From IMG/VR virus record IMGVR_UViG_3300013125_000002: a DNA stretch of 64,000 bases. One strand, written 5' to 3'. This stretch comes from a virus. How positions within the stretch are numbered: position 1 is the stretch's first letter; every line of letters begins with the position of its first letter. The translations under genes were made by a program, and so were the position numbers. The notes beneath the pieces were generated by a model, which searched no databases, had not been told where the DNA came from, and worked only from the letters and a program-made list of their open reading frames with translations. Positions 21,375-31,068 of the stretch are shown here, in pieces.

Positions 21375-24300
21375 GATCCGTCTCAGGGTTCGGGAGATCT
21401 AGCTTCCCACCCGCCATCTGATTCAGGTACTGCCACTCATGCTCACTCTCGTGGAGAGGATGACTGTGCAGCCACTCACTGAAGCCAACCTCGTGGTCAA
21501 ACCGATCTGGTGGATCTGCCACCACAGAATGAGCTGGCACCTCATCATCGTCGCCCGGTTCAGGTTCGTCAATGGACTTGAGCATCTTGCCACGAAGACC
21601 CTTGTCTTTGATCTTCTGCTTGAAGTCATCCAATGACATCTCTGTCAAGCTACCGAAGAACTTGGGGTTATCATACTGTCTGAGGTAGGCGGCCTTGGCT
21701 TCCTCTGGGGAGTCAAAACCAAGCATCACTTTGTCCTCATCGAACTCAGTGAAGTCTGGCTTCTTCATCTGGTGAATCACAAAGACCCGCTCAGAGTTCT
21801 TGTGTGGCCCCATGTAAACATCCACGGCATCCCCATCGACCCCCTTTGACCCACTCACATAGCCGTAGTCGTAGTTCATCTTGGTACGACCATGCTCTTT
21901 GGCATTAGGGTCATACCACTCGCGATAAGAACCCTTCTTGTTCTCAATCGCAATGTTCATGCCCTCATACTTGATCCGACCCATGAGGGGATGAGCCTTC
22001 TGCATGTCAGGATCAATGGCATTCATCCAAAGTGACTTAACCGCCACCGGATCGATGTAGCTCCGAAGAGCTGTAGCTGCGTGGGCCTTGCGGTCCTCAC
22101 CCTTACCGATGTAGTGGCCCAGAGCCTTTGCTGACTCAAGGGCCGCTTCCTCTGTCACACCCGAAAGGGTCTTGGCTGTAATCCGCCCCTGGCTGTACTG
22201 CTGGAGCAGTCTCTCAAAAGCTCGAGAGAAGATCTCCGTACCATGATAGGTGCGGAACTGCTTGGGCGTGACACCCAAGGTGGCCAAGGTTCTTCGAAGC
22301 TTATTGTACCCAATCTCTTGGAACTTGACCTGAGAGCCACGACGCACAGGCACTGAGAAGAGGTAGTCCGTTCTCTTCTTCCCCTCAGCCAGTGTCAGCT
22401 CCTGCAAGATCGACATCGACTTGGGATCGAGAACTACAACCTGCTGTTGGTCGACGCCCAACTTGCCAACGTAGGAAAACGTCGCCATGTTGCCTTTGAT
22501 CTTGACGTTCCCTACTTTGAGGGTCGTCAGACCAATCGTGCCCCTCTCTTCCTCATGGATCTTCCTACCAGCGCGCATGTAGGCTTGATCCAAAAGAGCA
22601 ACCATGAGCCCCAGTGCCCGATGCGCCAATTGCTTCGACTGCATCAGAGAACTATAGAACTTCCTCACCTTTGGGAGCTGCTGATCAAAGTGACGATTGT
22701 CCTGATTGAACTTCAACTCATCTCGCTCACGGAGATCACTATCGTAGTACCCGTGTTCGAAATGGGAGGTCTCGTCATTTGGGTCTGCCCGCCACCTGGC
22801 CCCCCACATCCGCAACGGAACAGCCTTGTTGTACTCTGGGTTCCATTCCGCATGCTCCGGAACGGCACGGTTCATCTTGCGACCTGAACGAGGATCGAAG
22901 AACTGCGGGTGTTGAATGGGATCAGGTTCGTCTCGATGTAGCTGTGGCGTTCCTAGCTTCTTGTCATAATGGGCATGCCCCACCGGAGCATTCGTTCCCT
23001 GAATGACATTCCCCACATGATCTCGGTAGTAATACCGATAGCTTCCAGGAACTCCCTCCCGTCTCCAGTACTTGTAGTGCTGGGAACGGGTGCCCTTCTG
23101 GGCTTTGCGGAGGATATCGAGAGCCTTCGAGAGACGATTCATGCTGAGGCTCTGCAGCAGCTGAATTGCCTTCGCCACAGGGGATAGTTTTGCCTGCATC
23201 GCTTGAAACTCCGGTAGGCCAGACAGCTTCTGATGAGCACTCAAGAAGAGATCAACCAGCTGGCTCTCTGTCGGGGGACGAGGAAACTCTCGTGTGTGCT
23301 TTGTGGCCAACTCAGCTGTGACCTCAGTAAATGGCCTGATGTTCTGGAGGTCTCCCTTGGGGGCCAAGGTCAGAATAGCGGCTCGCTCAGCTGCTGTGAG
23401 CAACGGATGCTGCTTGACCATCGTGACCCAAGAGTGCTTCTCCGATCCCGATAGCTTCTGAACCTTTGGCTCCTCAACTTCACGCTCAAAGGGTTCAACA
23501 AACTCATCCCCACCCTCTGACTGCCAATGGACAATGAAAGCTTGAGCTTGCTCAGGTGACTTGATCTCCTTCAATTCATGCAAAGCCAGAAATGAAGTGA
23601 CCTGTCTCTCATGATCTGCAGTGTCCGAAGCTACGTATTTGGCCAAACGATCTTCTTGTCTTCCTGACCACTCCTGCAGCGATTCTTCACGAGCAATCAG
23701 ATCATCTTCCGCTGACTGAGCATGAGCACCCTCACTGACAATCTCCTCATGGCCAGGTGGCAATTCTTCTCGGCTCACTTGGTCCAGTACGTCCATGGTT
23801 CGACCACTGTGGTCTACAGTCGAGATGAACTTACGTCGCTCTTTGACCTCGTCGAGGATCGCCTTGGTCTCTTTGAAGTGCTCCCACCACAAACAGTGTC
23901 CAAGGTAGGTACTGAATCGCCATCCCTTCTGGGGATCATAAGAGTTGACTGCACGTTTCACGGCCCGAAGCGTGGGGGAGTCAGGGTCAATCTCAATCTT
24001 CTTGGCTCTACCTGGCCCTCCATAGTAACCAAGGAGACGAGCCATGTTTCCAGGATCAAATACGTTATAGAGTGTCAGCTGACGCTGAGCAGAGAGAACC
24101 GCCAATCCGAAATGCTCTCGGATGATGTTCGCGCAGAGCTTCAGCTGCTCAGCCTCTGAGGCCTTGAGCTTGCGCACCCAGCGCAGACCTCTCCGCTGCC
24201 ACGGCTGCCCTGTCTGTCTCTTGACCGTGGCCTGGTAAGGCTCAAGGACTCGATGCCAGGTGAGTCTTCCCTGTTCCAGTGCTGTTGTGGTGGGTCGTAC

Positions 24301-24999
24301 CTGATCAATAGGAAACTCTTTGGCCGGCTTGACTCGCTGACCCGATGCCCGCTGCTGTCGGTACTCTTCCTTCAGCCACTCCTTGAAGTTCTGCTTGAAG
24401 AATGGACTTGGGACCCAGCTACCTGTTTGCTCTGGAAACCGATTGAACGGACTCTCGGCATGGTAGCGAATCGACATGCGCCCACTCGGAGAATCGATCC
24501 CCGACTGGCCTCGTTCCCTCACCTCAAACCAGGGTCTGCCAAAAGCGTCGTTGACCGTTGCAGTTGACGACCGACGACGCATCCAATTCTCAACAGCCTC
24601 GTAAGAGGGCAGATGAGTTACCGCATCTCGTGCTTTCGTACTACGGTGCGGAAGGATGATGAAGGGGCGCTTTGCTGAGGGCCTGACAACGAGCTTCAGC
24701 TCAGGCTTACCCTCTGCTGAGCGGATGATCGACACATCATCAGCACCCGACTTGAGGGCTTTCTCTCGTGCATGGTGGAACGCTTGCTCTGCTGTGTGCC
24801 CTCGAGCAACTGAATCCGAATGAGTGGTAACGGAGTGCTCATCTGAAACAGCAGAGGCTGCCCACCCATGGTTCTTTGGATGTCTGAGATCAGAGTACTT
24901 GTAGTTCCAGCGGTCGTTTTTCCACCACCGCAGAACATACTTCCCGCCTAGATGTTCCCCTCGGTGAGCTTTGACTAAATCGATCCAAAGAGCGAACAC
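21142..24999 (-). CDS. Polyvalent protein: sigma70-like + DNA topoisomerase IB + inorganic-pyrophosphatase-like (InPase) domains
   Basis: YDPQKGWRFSTY; RAG..GLTTL..GK..KQFRTY..LGH..SYIDP; IENKKGS..YGYV..GVDGDAVDV..FDEDKVMLGF. Confidence 0.85.
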   Translation of the reverse strand: MFALWIDLVKAHRGEHLGGKYVLRWWKNDRWNYKYSDLRHPKNHGWAASAVSDEHSVTTHSDSVARGHTAEQAFHHAREKALKSGADDVSIIRSAEGKPELKLVVRPSAKRPFIILPHRSTKARDAVTHLPSYEAVENWMRRRSSTATVNDAFGRPWFEVRERGQSGIDSPSGRMSIRYHAESPFNRFPEQTGSWVPSPFFKQNFKEWLKEEYRQQRASGQRVKPAKEFPIDQVRPTTTALEQGRLTWHRVLEPYQATVKRQTGQPWQRRGLRWVRKLKASEAEQLKLCANIIREHFGLAVLSAQRQLTLYNVFDPGNMARLLGYYGGPGRAKKIEIDPDSPTLRAVKRAVNSYDPQKGWRFSTYLGHCLWWEHFKETKAILDEVKERRKFISTVDHSGRTMDVLDQVSREELPPGHEEIVSEGAHAQSAEDDLIAREESLQEWSGRQEDRLAKYVASDTADHERQVTSFLALHELKEIKSPEQAQAFIVHWQSEGGDEFVEPFEREVEEPKVQKLSGSEKHSWVTMVKQHPLLTAAERAAILTLAPKGDLQNIRPFTEVTAELATKHTREFPRPPTESQLVDLFLSAHQKLSGLPEFQAMQAKLSPVAKAIQLLQSLSMNRLSKALDILRKAQKGTRSQHYKYWRREGVPGSYRYYYRDHVGNVIQGTNAPVGHAHYDKKLGTPQLHRDEPDPIQHPQFFDPRSGRKMNRAVPEHAEWNPEYNKAVPLRMWGARWRADPNDETSHFEHGYYDSDLRERDELKFNQDNRHFDQQLPKVRKFYSSLMQSKQLAHRALGLMVALLDQAYMRAGRKIHEEERGTIGLTTLKVGNVKIKGNMATFSYVGKLGVDQQQVVVLDPKSMSILQELTLAEGKKRTDYLFSVPVRRGSQVKFQEIGYNKLRRTLATLGVTPKQFRTYHGTEIFSRAFERLLQQYSQGRITAKTLSGVTEEAALESAKALGHYIGKGEDRKAHAATALRSYIDPVAVKSLWMNAIDPDMQKAHPLMGRIKYEGMNIAIENKKGSYREWYDPNAKEHGRTKMNYDYGYVSGSKGVDGDAVDVYMGPHKNSERVFVIHQMKKPDFTEFDEDKVMLGFDSPEEAKAAYLRQYDNPKFFGSLTEMSLDDFKQKIKDKGLRGKMLKSIDEPEPGDDDEVPAHSVVADPPDRFDHEVGFSEWLHSHPLHESEHEWQYLNQMAGGKLDLPNPETDHEEPDDVDAEDELDSTDRSGPADESTPQSAWEEPAGDSEEQEAAANGGAPSEGEAVQPPGEGPLREDQSQVRSPSPT

Positions 25000-25779
25000 T
25001 TACCACTCCAGACTGCTCGTCATCTGGCCACGAATCTGGTCCAGCTGCTTGGCATCACGGTTGTCCGTGAGATCCATCAGAGACCCACGGACATCCTCGC
25101 GGATGTAGTCATCGTCCATCCAAGGTTCGTAGTCATAGTCCTCACCCCAGATCGACTTTGCCACTTGGAGCAGTTGATCTCGATTCAGACTGTCCAAGTT
25201 CTCGAGAAGCTGTTGAGCACCGGGAGCCTGGGTAGCCACAGGTTCTGGCCCAACTGCCTTGAAAACCTCCTGAGTGGCCTTTCGATAACCGTCTTTGTCA
25301 CCACGTAGAGCAAACCTACGAAGATAGAAGATCGGATTTCCCTCAAGAGGGATTTTGAAACCCAGTGCCTCCGACCAGACCTCATTCTGATGCTCCCTTC
25401 GATCCAGCGCACAAGGTTCTTCAAATGGATGCTTCTCGCCTCGAAACCGAAGAGGATAGGTCAGACGCTTTTCGTCCAGATCACCCTCGTAGTCCTCGTC
25501 CGTATTCACAGGTGAGACCTGGGCACCCCCTACCGAAATTGAAGGACCAGACTTGCCAAAACTTGCCAGCTTGTCTTCGGCTTCTGATTCCTTGTCGGCA
25601 TCAGCAATCTGAGCATCCTCGTCTACACCATCTCCGTTGTCGTCCCCAGTGTCACCTGCGTCAGCTTGAGACTCTTTGGCATCCTGTTGCTTCATCTGAA
25701 GCTCTTCAGGATCACCACCACGAAACTCTCCCTCGCTCTTTGCAAGTAGCTCATTCATGGCATCGAGGATCGACATCAC
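25000..25779 (-). CDS. Acidic hypothetical protein (candidate internal head protein)
   Basis: 259 aa; LAKS and FGKS motifs. Confidence 0.6.
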   Translation of the reverse strand: MMSILDAMNELLAKSEGEFRGGDPEELQMKQQDAKESQADAGDTGDDNGDGVDEDAQIADADKESEAEDKLASFGKSGPSISVGGAQVSPVNTDEDYEGDLDEKRLTYPLRFRGEKHPFEEPCALDRREHQNEVWSEALGFKIPLEGNPIFYLRRFALRGDKDGYRKATQEVFKAVGPEPVATQAPGAQQLLENLDSLNRDQLLQVAKSIWGEDYDYEPWMDDDYIREDVRGSLMDLTDNRDAKQLDQIRGQMTSSLEW

Positions 25780-26679
25780 TCACACCTCAGGGAAAGCTTC
25801 CTCAGGTCGCAACAGAGTGAAGCGACCCATATCATTCCAACCCCAACCAGGGGGCACGTATCTCAAACGCCCAAAGCAGTGTGGGTGCAGCGGAGGCACC
25901 ACCGGCTTGGCATGCAATCTCCAAGGTCTCTGGTAATTCGTTCCCTCATTCTCCAACAGCTCCTTGAGCTTGAAGATCTTTGGGTTCCCAGTCTTGGGAT
26001 CGTAATAGATTCGCCGACAGTCATCACACATATCGGCATCATGTACAATAGCCACATCACTGTCGATCCCATCAGAGTCAGCGTAGATACCCTCCTTCTG
26101 AGAGATCGCAGTCATCACTCCACGCTGCTTAGCTGTGTGCAACTCTGTAGCAGCCAACCTCTCCCAGTTCCGATGAGGTTCCTTCAGAGCCTCCACTAGC
26201 TCTCTGGCTACTTGTCGATAAGTCTGATTTAGATCAGTACCAGTCTTGATCTTGTCAGAAATTGTAGACCTAACATGCCCTTCGGTTACTGTACGATGAG
26301 TCGCTTGTGCAAGTCTCTGGTAGAGACCATTCTTGATGTCGTCCATCAGACTGCGAAACTCAGTCTGAGCCGACAGCTCTGCCGCTTTGATCTGCAGCTT
26401 ATCTACGTCCGTGTAGCGACCAGTTGCTACTTCCTGGAGCTGCTTCCAGGTGAGCTTCTTGAACTCGGCCTCCTTGAGCAGAGATTGAAGCTTCCCAAGG
26501 ACGTAAGCATAGCGAATAGCTGATGCATTAACATCCATCGGAAGCTTACCGCTGGCCTTCAGATCATGGAGATCCTTCTCAGTGATCTCCTGATCCCCAA
26601 ACATCCTCCACATGAGCCATGTGGTGTGACAACGGATGATCTCGGCCAGCTTCTCAATCTGTGCTCTGGAGAGAACCAT
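25780..26679 (-). CDS. MuF/SPP1 gp7-like minor head protein
   Basis: RLAATE, CDDC and PPLHPHCFGRL motifs; head module position. Confidence 0.8.
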   Translation of the reverse strand: MVLSRAQIEKLAEIIRCHTTWLMWRMFGDQEITEKDLHDLKASGKLPMDVNASAIRYAYVLGKLQSLLKEAEFKKLTWKQLQEVATGRYTDVDKLQIKAAELSAQTEFRSLMDDIKNGLYQRLAQATHRTVTEGHVRSTISDKIKTGTDLNQTYRQVARELVEALKEPHRNWERLAATELHTAKQRGVMTAISQKEGIYADSDGIDSDVAIVHDADMCDDCRRIYYDPKTGNPKIFKLKELLENEGTNYQRPWRLHAKPVVPPLHPHCFGRLRYVPPGWGWNDMGRFTLLRPEEAFPEV

Positions 26680-26683
26680 GCAC

Positions 26684-27895
26684 CTAGCGGCTCACCATCA
26701 GAGGTTGTGAGAGACGCTTCTTTCTGTGCTCCGTGTCGAGTTTGGCTTCAGCTCTGTCCACCCCTAGGTGAGGCACTCCGGTCGGCTTTTGCTTCAAAAG
26801 CTCCTCAACTTCCTCCTTGCCACCATAACCATAGTCCTTCTTGAGATCATCAGAACTCTTCTTGATCTCAATGTAGAGCTGTGGTTGGGTACTTGGGGTT
26901 GAGGGCATGACCCCATTGATCTGTCCTTCTGTGACACCCGGAAGGACCTGTGACTTGAGGACTCGGCGTGGATCTTCTTCGGTGAAAACAAAGAGCTTGG
27001 AACCCGTCGGTTGGCTAGCTGGAGCTAGGCGGCGAGGACCAATCATATCTGGGCGAATCATCGTACTCTCCTGTGACTTCTCTGTTGTCTCAGCAACAGT
27101 GAGACTGTGGATCTTGGACGAACCATCACCATCAAACCCGAACAGGTTTCTCTCGCCCCTCTCATGCCCCCAGTCTTCGATCTTCAAACCACGAGAGCAT
27201 CCCCAATCACCTAGCTTCTTCAGCTCCTCTAGAAGTGGCTTCAGTTGTTCAGCAGCTTGGGGACTGACTACCATCTCGATCTTATACTGCTTACCATGCA
27301 GCGACTTGACGAAGAGATCATCGATAGAAAGAGACTTCGATGCATCGATCTCTTCACCCCAATTCCCTGCATGAAGAGCATGGAACTGCTGACGGGAGCT
27401 AGAGGGCACTGAGCTATTCTTGTAGAGATGCGGATTGGCCTTGTAGTGCAAGATCCAATCACGATGGTGCTGCTCCGTGTCCTGTACACCCTGACCTTCG
27501 AGATGCTGAATTGTCGACGAGGCCTGGTGGTACTTCTTGAGTGATTGATCTGCTCTGGCAGGATCGTTATTGAGGGTGTGGTAGAGATAGTAGTGGCGAG
27601 CGTGCCCCTGAATAGCCCTAGCTGCTGCTAGTTGGTGACCTGGTGAGGAGACATCAGGGCCTTTGATCTTCACCGATGGCTTCTCTTGAGACGAGAACGT
27701 TGGTGCTGGCTTCAGGGAAGCTTCACTCATGCGGGGGGCAGCCACGGTATCTTCGTGACCCGTCACGGCTGAGGGTTGGGCACTACGCTTCGCCACCATG
27801 GTTGCAGCATCAGCAGCTTTGACCAACGTACCCTGATCCCACAGGTCACCAGCATCCCCAATCCGGAACAGCATCGCATCGAGAAAAAGCTGCAT
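26684..27895 (-). CDS. Hypothetical protein (candidate internal head protein)
   Basis: 403 aa with multiple KS/KA motifs. Confidence 0.6.
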   Translation of the reverse strand: MQLFLDAMLFRIGDAGDLWDQGTLVKAADAATMVAKRSAQPSAVTGHEDTVAAPRMSEASLKPAPTFSSQEKPSVKIKGPDVSSPGHQLAAARAIQGHARHYYLYHTLNNDPARADQSLKKYHQASSTIQHLEGQGVQDTEQHHRDWILHYKANPHLYKNSSVPSSSRQQFHALHAGNWGEEIDASKSLSIDDLFVKSLHGKQYKIEMVVSPQAAEQLKPLLEELKKLGDWGCSRGLKIEDWGHERGERNLFGFDGDGSSKIHSLTVAETTEKSQESTMIRPDMIGPRRLAPASQPTGSKLFVFTEEDPRRVLKSQVLPGVTEGQINGVMPSTPSTQPQLYIEIKKSSDDLKKDYGYGGKEEVEELLKQKPTGVPHLGVDRAEAKLDTEHRKKRLSQPLMVSR

Positions 27896-28079
27896 GACCT
27901 ACTTCCTTCCCTGAAGCTGGAGTAGTGCTATCGAAAGAGCCGGTCCCCCATCCAGCAGAAAACGAACAGCATCTGGCTCTGGCATGTGGTAGTCCTCGAC
28001 CAGCATTCGAAGGACACGTTTGCCCTCAAGGGACATACCTGCTGCACCCTTCTTGAGCTGGACCCGACCTGAAACTGTG

Positions 28080-28319
28080 TTACTCGTCACGGCCACCGGC
28101 CAGTACCTCAGCAATCTCATTCGTCATACTGCTCATCATAAGATCGAATGAGTCGTTGACGAATGCTGCCAAATGAGATGCTGCCTCATTCTCATCTGGC
28201 AGTACGGCATCTTCGTGATCATGCGACTTCTTGAGTTTTGCAACTGCCAACTCAAGAGACTTGATCACCTCATCAGTGCCCATGCCTTCAGGCACCTGAA
28301 TCTTGACCTGGGATGGCAC
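28080..28319 (-). CDS. Hypothetical protein
   Basis: 79 aa, abuts upstream gene. Confidence 0.55.
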   Translation of the reverse strand: MPSQVKIQVPEGMGTDEVIKSLELAVAKLKKSHDHEDAVLPDENEAASHLAAFVNDSFDLMMSSMTNEIAEVLAGGRDE

Positions 28320-28784
28320 TTAGTCTCTGCTCGTGTGCCGAAATGGAACGCTGCCACCGCCTCTGCCAGCGTTCCAGTTCAACTCCTCGTTCATATGTCG
28401 CAGTACACGAAGAGCTACCAGGCCGCGCTCCTCTTCTGTGAGTCTGGCCATGGTACCGGCGATCTTCGGATCTACGAGCTGGAACTTCTGGGGAAGAATG
28501 AGAGTCAGAAGACCCTGCTCGAAGCTGGTCAGATTCCCACCGTCCTCTGCCTTGTGGATAAGAGAGACGACTTCCTGGGCCACGAACTCCGTGTCAAGTC
28601 GACCATCTGGATACCGACGAAGAGGTGTGCAGCCTTCGTTGCGCATGAGCAACGAATCTTGCTGTGGCGTCCGGTAGCTAACTGGGTGAGTGACTCCCTC
28701 ACGGTAGCTTGTGGACTTCACCACAGTCTCTTCATCACGACGAAGATTGAGAGGCACTCTGCCTGCGAATGGGTTGTTACTCAT
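28320..28784 (-). CDS. Hypothetical protein
   Basis: 154 aa, AGGAG RBS. Confidence 0.6.
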   Translation of the reverse strand: MSNNPFAGRVPLNLRRDEETVVKSTSYREGVTHPVSYRTPQQDSLLMRNEGCTPLRRYPDGRLDTEFVAQEVVSLIHKAEDGGNLTSFEQGLLTLILPQKFQLVDPKIAGTMARLTEEERGLVALRVLRHMNEELNWNAGRGGGSVPFRHTSRD

Positions 28785-28793
28785 CTTGATCTC

Positions 28794-30077
28794 CTACATA
28801 GCCACCCAAAGACTGAGACTCTTCTCCGTCTTCTTGGCCTGTTCACGTTCACGTTCACGAAGCCGTTCTTTCCGAATCACGTCCTTCTGTTTGGCTTGAG
28901 CCGGCTTCAGTCCTTCCTCATAGGCAGCATGAGCTGTCTCTGATCCCTTCACACCCTCACGACGCCTATCCATGAAAGACTGGAGATCTCCGATGCTCAC
29001 CACCCGCGCGATCTTCTTCCCACTACCCTCTTCTGCCATCCGATGATGAATCTCACTTCTTCTGGTTGCATGGGCCTGGAGGAGCTGCTGCTCAAAAGCA
29101 CGAGCATCCTTGGCAGAAAGACCAAGGGCTTGAGTCTCAGCCTCATTCGTAGGTATCCCTGCCCGAACCAGGTGAGTCTTGTACTTCTCGCGAAGCTCCT
29201 TGAGAGCGGCCTCTTCATTCTTGGCTTCGCGATTCGACTCTCGCTCTCGCCTCTCGACAGTCGAGACCCCCTCAGCCTTGATCCTCTCTTCGGCTGCTCT
29301 TGTAGAGACTGCTTGCTTGGCTTCATGTTCACGAACCAGACGCTTCTCTTCCTCTGTTCTCTGGTGGGGCTCTTTCTTGAGCGCTTGCTTCAGCGTCTTA
29401 CCAAGAGCCTTCTCGTGCTCTTTCCGGAGCTGGGAGCCCTCTCCAGGCTTCGGAGGGGCAAACTTGCCGACTACCTTCCGAACGACTACATGGTGCTGTT
29501 CAAAGCACTCTGGGCAGAGCTTCTGTGCAACAGCTGCTGGGTCTGGGGGGTCGATGGATTCCCGCTGCCCAGCCTTGGGGCCTTGTGTGTGAAGAAGAGT
29601 GACCGCAGTCTTCCGTTCTGTGACCTCTTCCACTCGGGTCTTGTTCCCCGTTGCAGGGTTCTCGATCTCTCTGACTTCAACTGTGGGCTTGTTGTGCTCA
29701 GGAAGAACAATCGCCTTGCAAGATCGACAGAAGTAGGATGGCCAGTGGCTTGATGTCTGTGCCTGGATGAACGCACGGGCACTGCGCTTGTCCTCTCTAG
29801 TCTTGGGAGAACGAAGACGCATCACCTGTTGGAACTCCTTTGGAAGTTCCTTCTTTCCAGGAACGATCTCCACTTGGACATCACCATGATCCGACGATAG
29901 ATGCGGAACATCCATCGCATTGGTGACAACCAAGGGCGGACTCTTCCCTGGGTAGATCTTCTCCCCAGTCACTGACAGATAGTACCGACCTCCCCGAGGG
30001 CCTGTCTGGTTCGGCTCTTTTTTGGCCTTCAGCAGGTCTACAGAGAGATCAAACAGTTGTGTAGCTGTGAGCAGCAT
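28794..30077 (-). CDS. Hypothetical protein with GPRGGRYY motif and CxxC pairs (candidate internal head protein)
   Basis: 427 aa; LLKA near N-terminus, TEKS near C-terminus. Confidence 0.6.
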   Translation of the reverse strand: MLLTATQLFDLSVDLLKAKKEPNQTGPRGGRYYLSVTGEKIYPGKSPPLVVTNAMDVPHLSSDHGDVQVEIVPGKKELPKEFQQVMRLRSPKTREDKRSARAFIQAQTSSHWPSYFCRSCKAIVLPEHNKPTVEVREIENPATGNKTRVEEVTERKTAVTLLHTQGPKAGQRESIDPPDPAAVAQKLCPECFEQHHVVVRKVVGKFAPPKPGEGSQLRKEHEKALGKTLKQALKKEPHQRTEEEKRLVREHEAKQAVSTRAAEERIKAEGVSTVERRERESNREAKNEEAALKELREKYKTHLVRAGIPTNEAETQALGLSAKDARAFEQQLLQAHATRRSEIHHRMAEEGSGKKIARVVSIGDLQSFMDRRREGVKGSETAHAAYEEGLKPAQAKQKDVIRKERLREREREQAKKTEKSLSLWVAM

Positions 30078-30081
30078 CAGA

Positions 30082-31068
30082 TCACCCGCAGCGCGGACAC
30101 CTCATGGTGTTGTCGCTTTTCTTCACCATCTGCCCACCACAACTCTTGCAGCACTGTGACTTGTTGATGACGCAGGTTGGGCACTCACCAAAGCTCTTGG
30201 CGAATGCACGACCGCAAGCTCCACACCTGATGTGCTCATGGGCCTTGGCGATCCGATGGGTACGCTCCGCCTCATCCTGCTTCAGCTCGTCGATGAGCTG
30301 GGGAGTGAGTGGACCTGTTGCAAGAGCCGAGATGTCCTTGGTGACAAGAGCACTACCCGACTCGAACGTTGAGCGGTGAGCAAGTGCTCGAGGGAGACGA
30401 GGCACCGAACGGGCTGTCACCGCCTTCTCAAGATCCGATTTCTCCACTGCCTTACTGATCTCCATCAGCTCATCGAAAGACTTGTTCATGGACTTTTCCT
30501 TGCTGAGGCCCGCCTGATGGAGCCCGATTGCAACAGCTTGCTTCTCACCACCTGGATGGCGGCCAAGGTGATGCATGTGGTGTGCGATCATCTCTGATGC
30601 CATCTCTTGTTTGGCATCTGTCTTCCTGGGCGGCTTCTTGATCTGACCATCCTTGGTCTTGTATCGAGCGATCCTGGAAAGGGAACCCTTAGGGTCCTTC
30701 GTTCCGTAGTGACGCCCATAGTGCTTCTCTGCTGCCTTTTCCAACTGATTCAGGCTGGCAGTCATACTCCCCGAAGCGACCGGAGCAGGTAGGGGCGTAG
30801 GTACAGCTCGTTGAAAGCCAAGATCCTTCATGTCCATGACCGTACCCTCAGCTATGGCTTTCTTTGCCGTCGGTGGGCTGACGATGTCTTTGACTTCTTT
30901 CGAAGGCAGAGCACCAAACTGATGAGAAGGCTTACCGACCGGTGTTCCGGCTCTCATAGCACCAGAACCCGAATAGGATGCTCCCTCTTTTCCGATCTTC
31001 ACTTCCCCCAGATATGCCTTCTGCTCATCCTCTGCCCAACTACCGAGGTGAATTGGCTGCTTTGGCAT
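30082..31068 (-). CDS. Hypothetical protein with C-terminal double zinc ribbon
   Basis: CGACG..CPTC..CKSCG..CPRCG; start at MPKQ (GGAG RBS). Confidence 0.6.
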   Translation of the reverse strand: MPKQPIHLGSWAEDEQKAYLGEVKIGKEGASYSGSGAMRAGTPVGKPSHQFGALPSKEVKDIVSPPTAKKAIAEGTVMDMKDLGFQRAVPTPLPAPVASGSMTASLNQLEKAAEKHYGRHYGTKDPKGSLSRIARYKTKDGQIKKPPRKTDAKQEMASEMIAHHMHHLGRHPGGEKQAVAIGLHQAGLSKEKSMNKSFDELMEISKAVEKSDLEKAVTARSVPRLPRALAHRSTFESGSALVTKDISALATGPLTPQLIDELKQDEAERTHRIAKAHEHIRCGACGRAFAKSFGECPTCVINKSQCCKSCGGQMVKKSDNTMRCPRCG

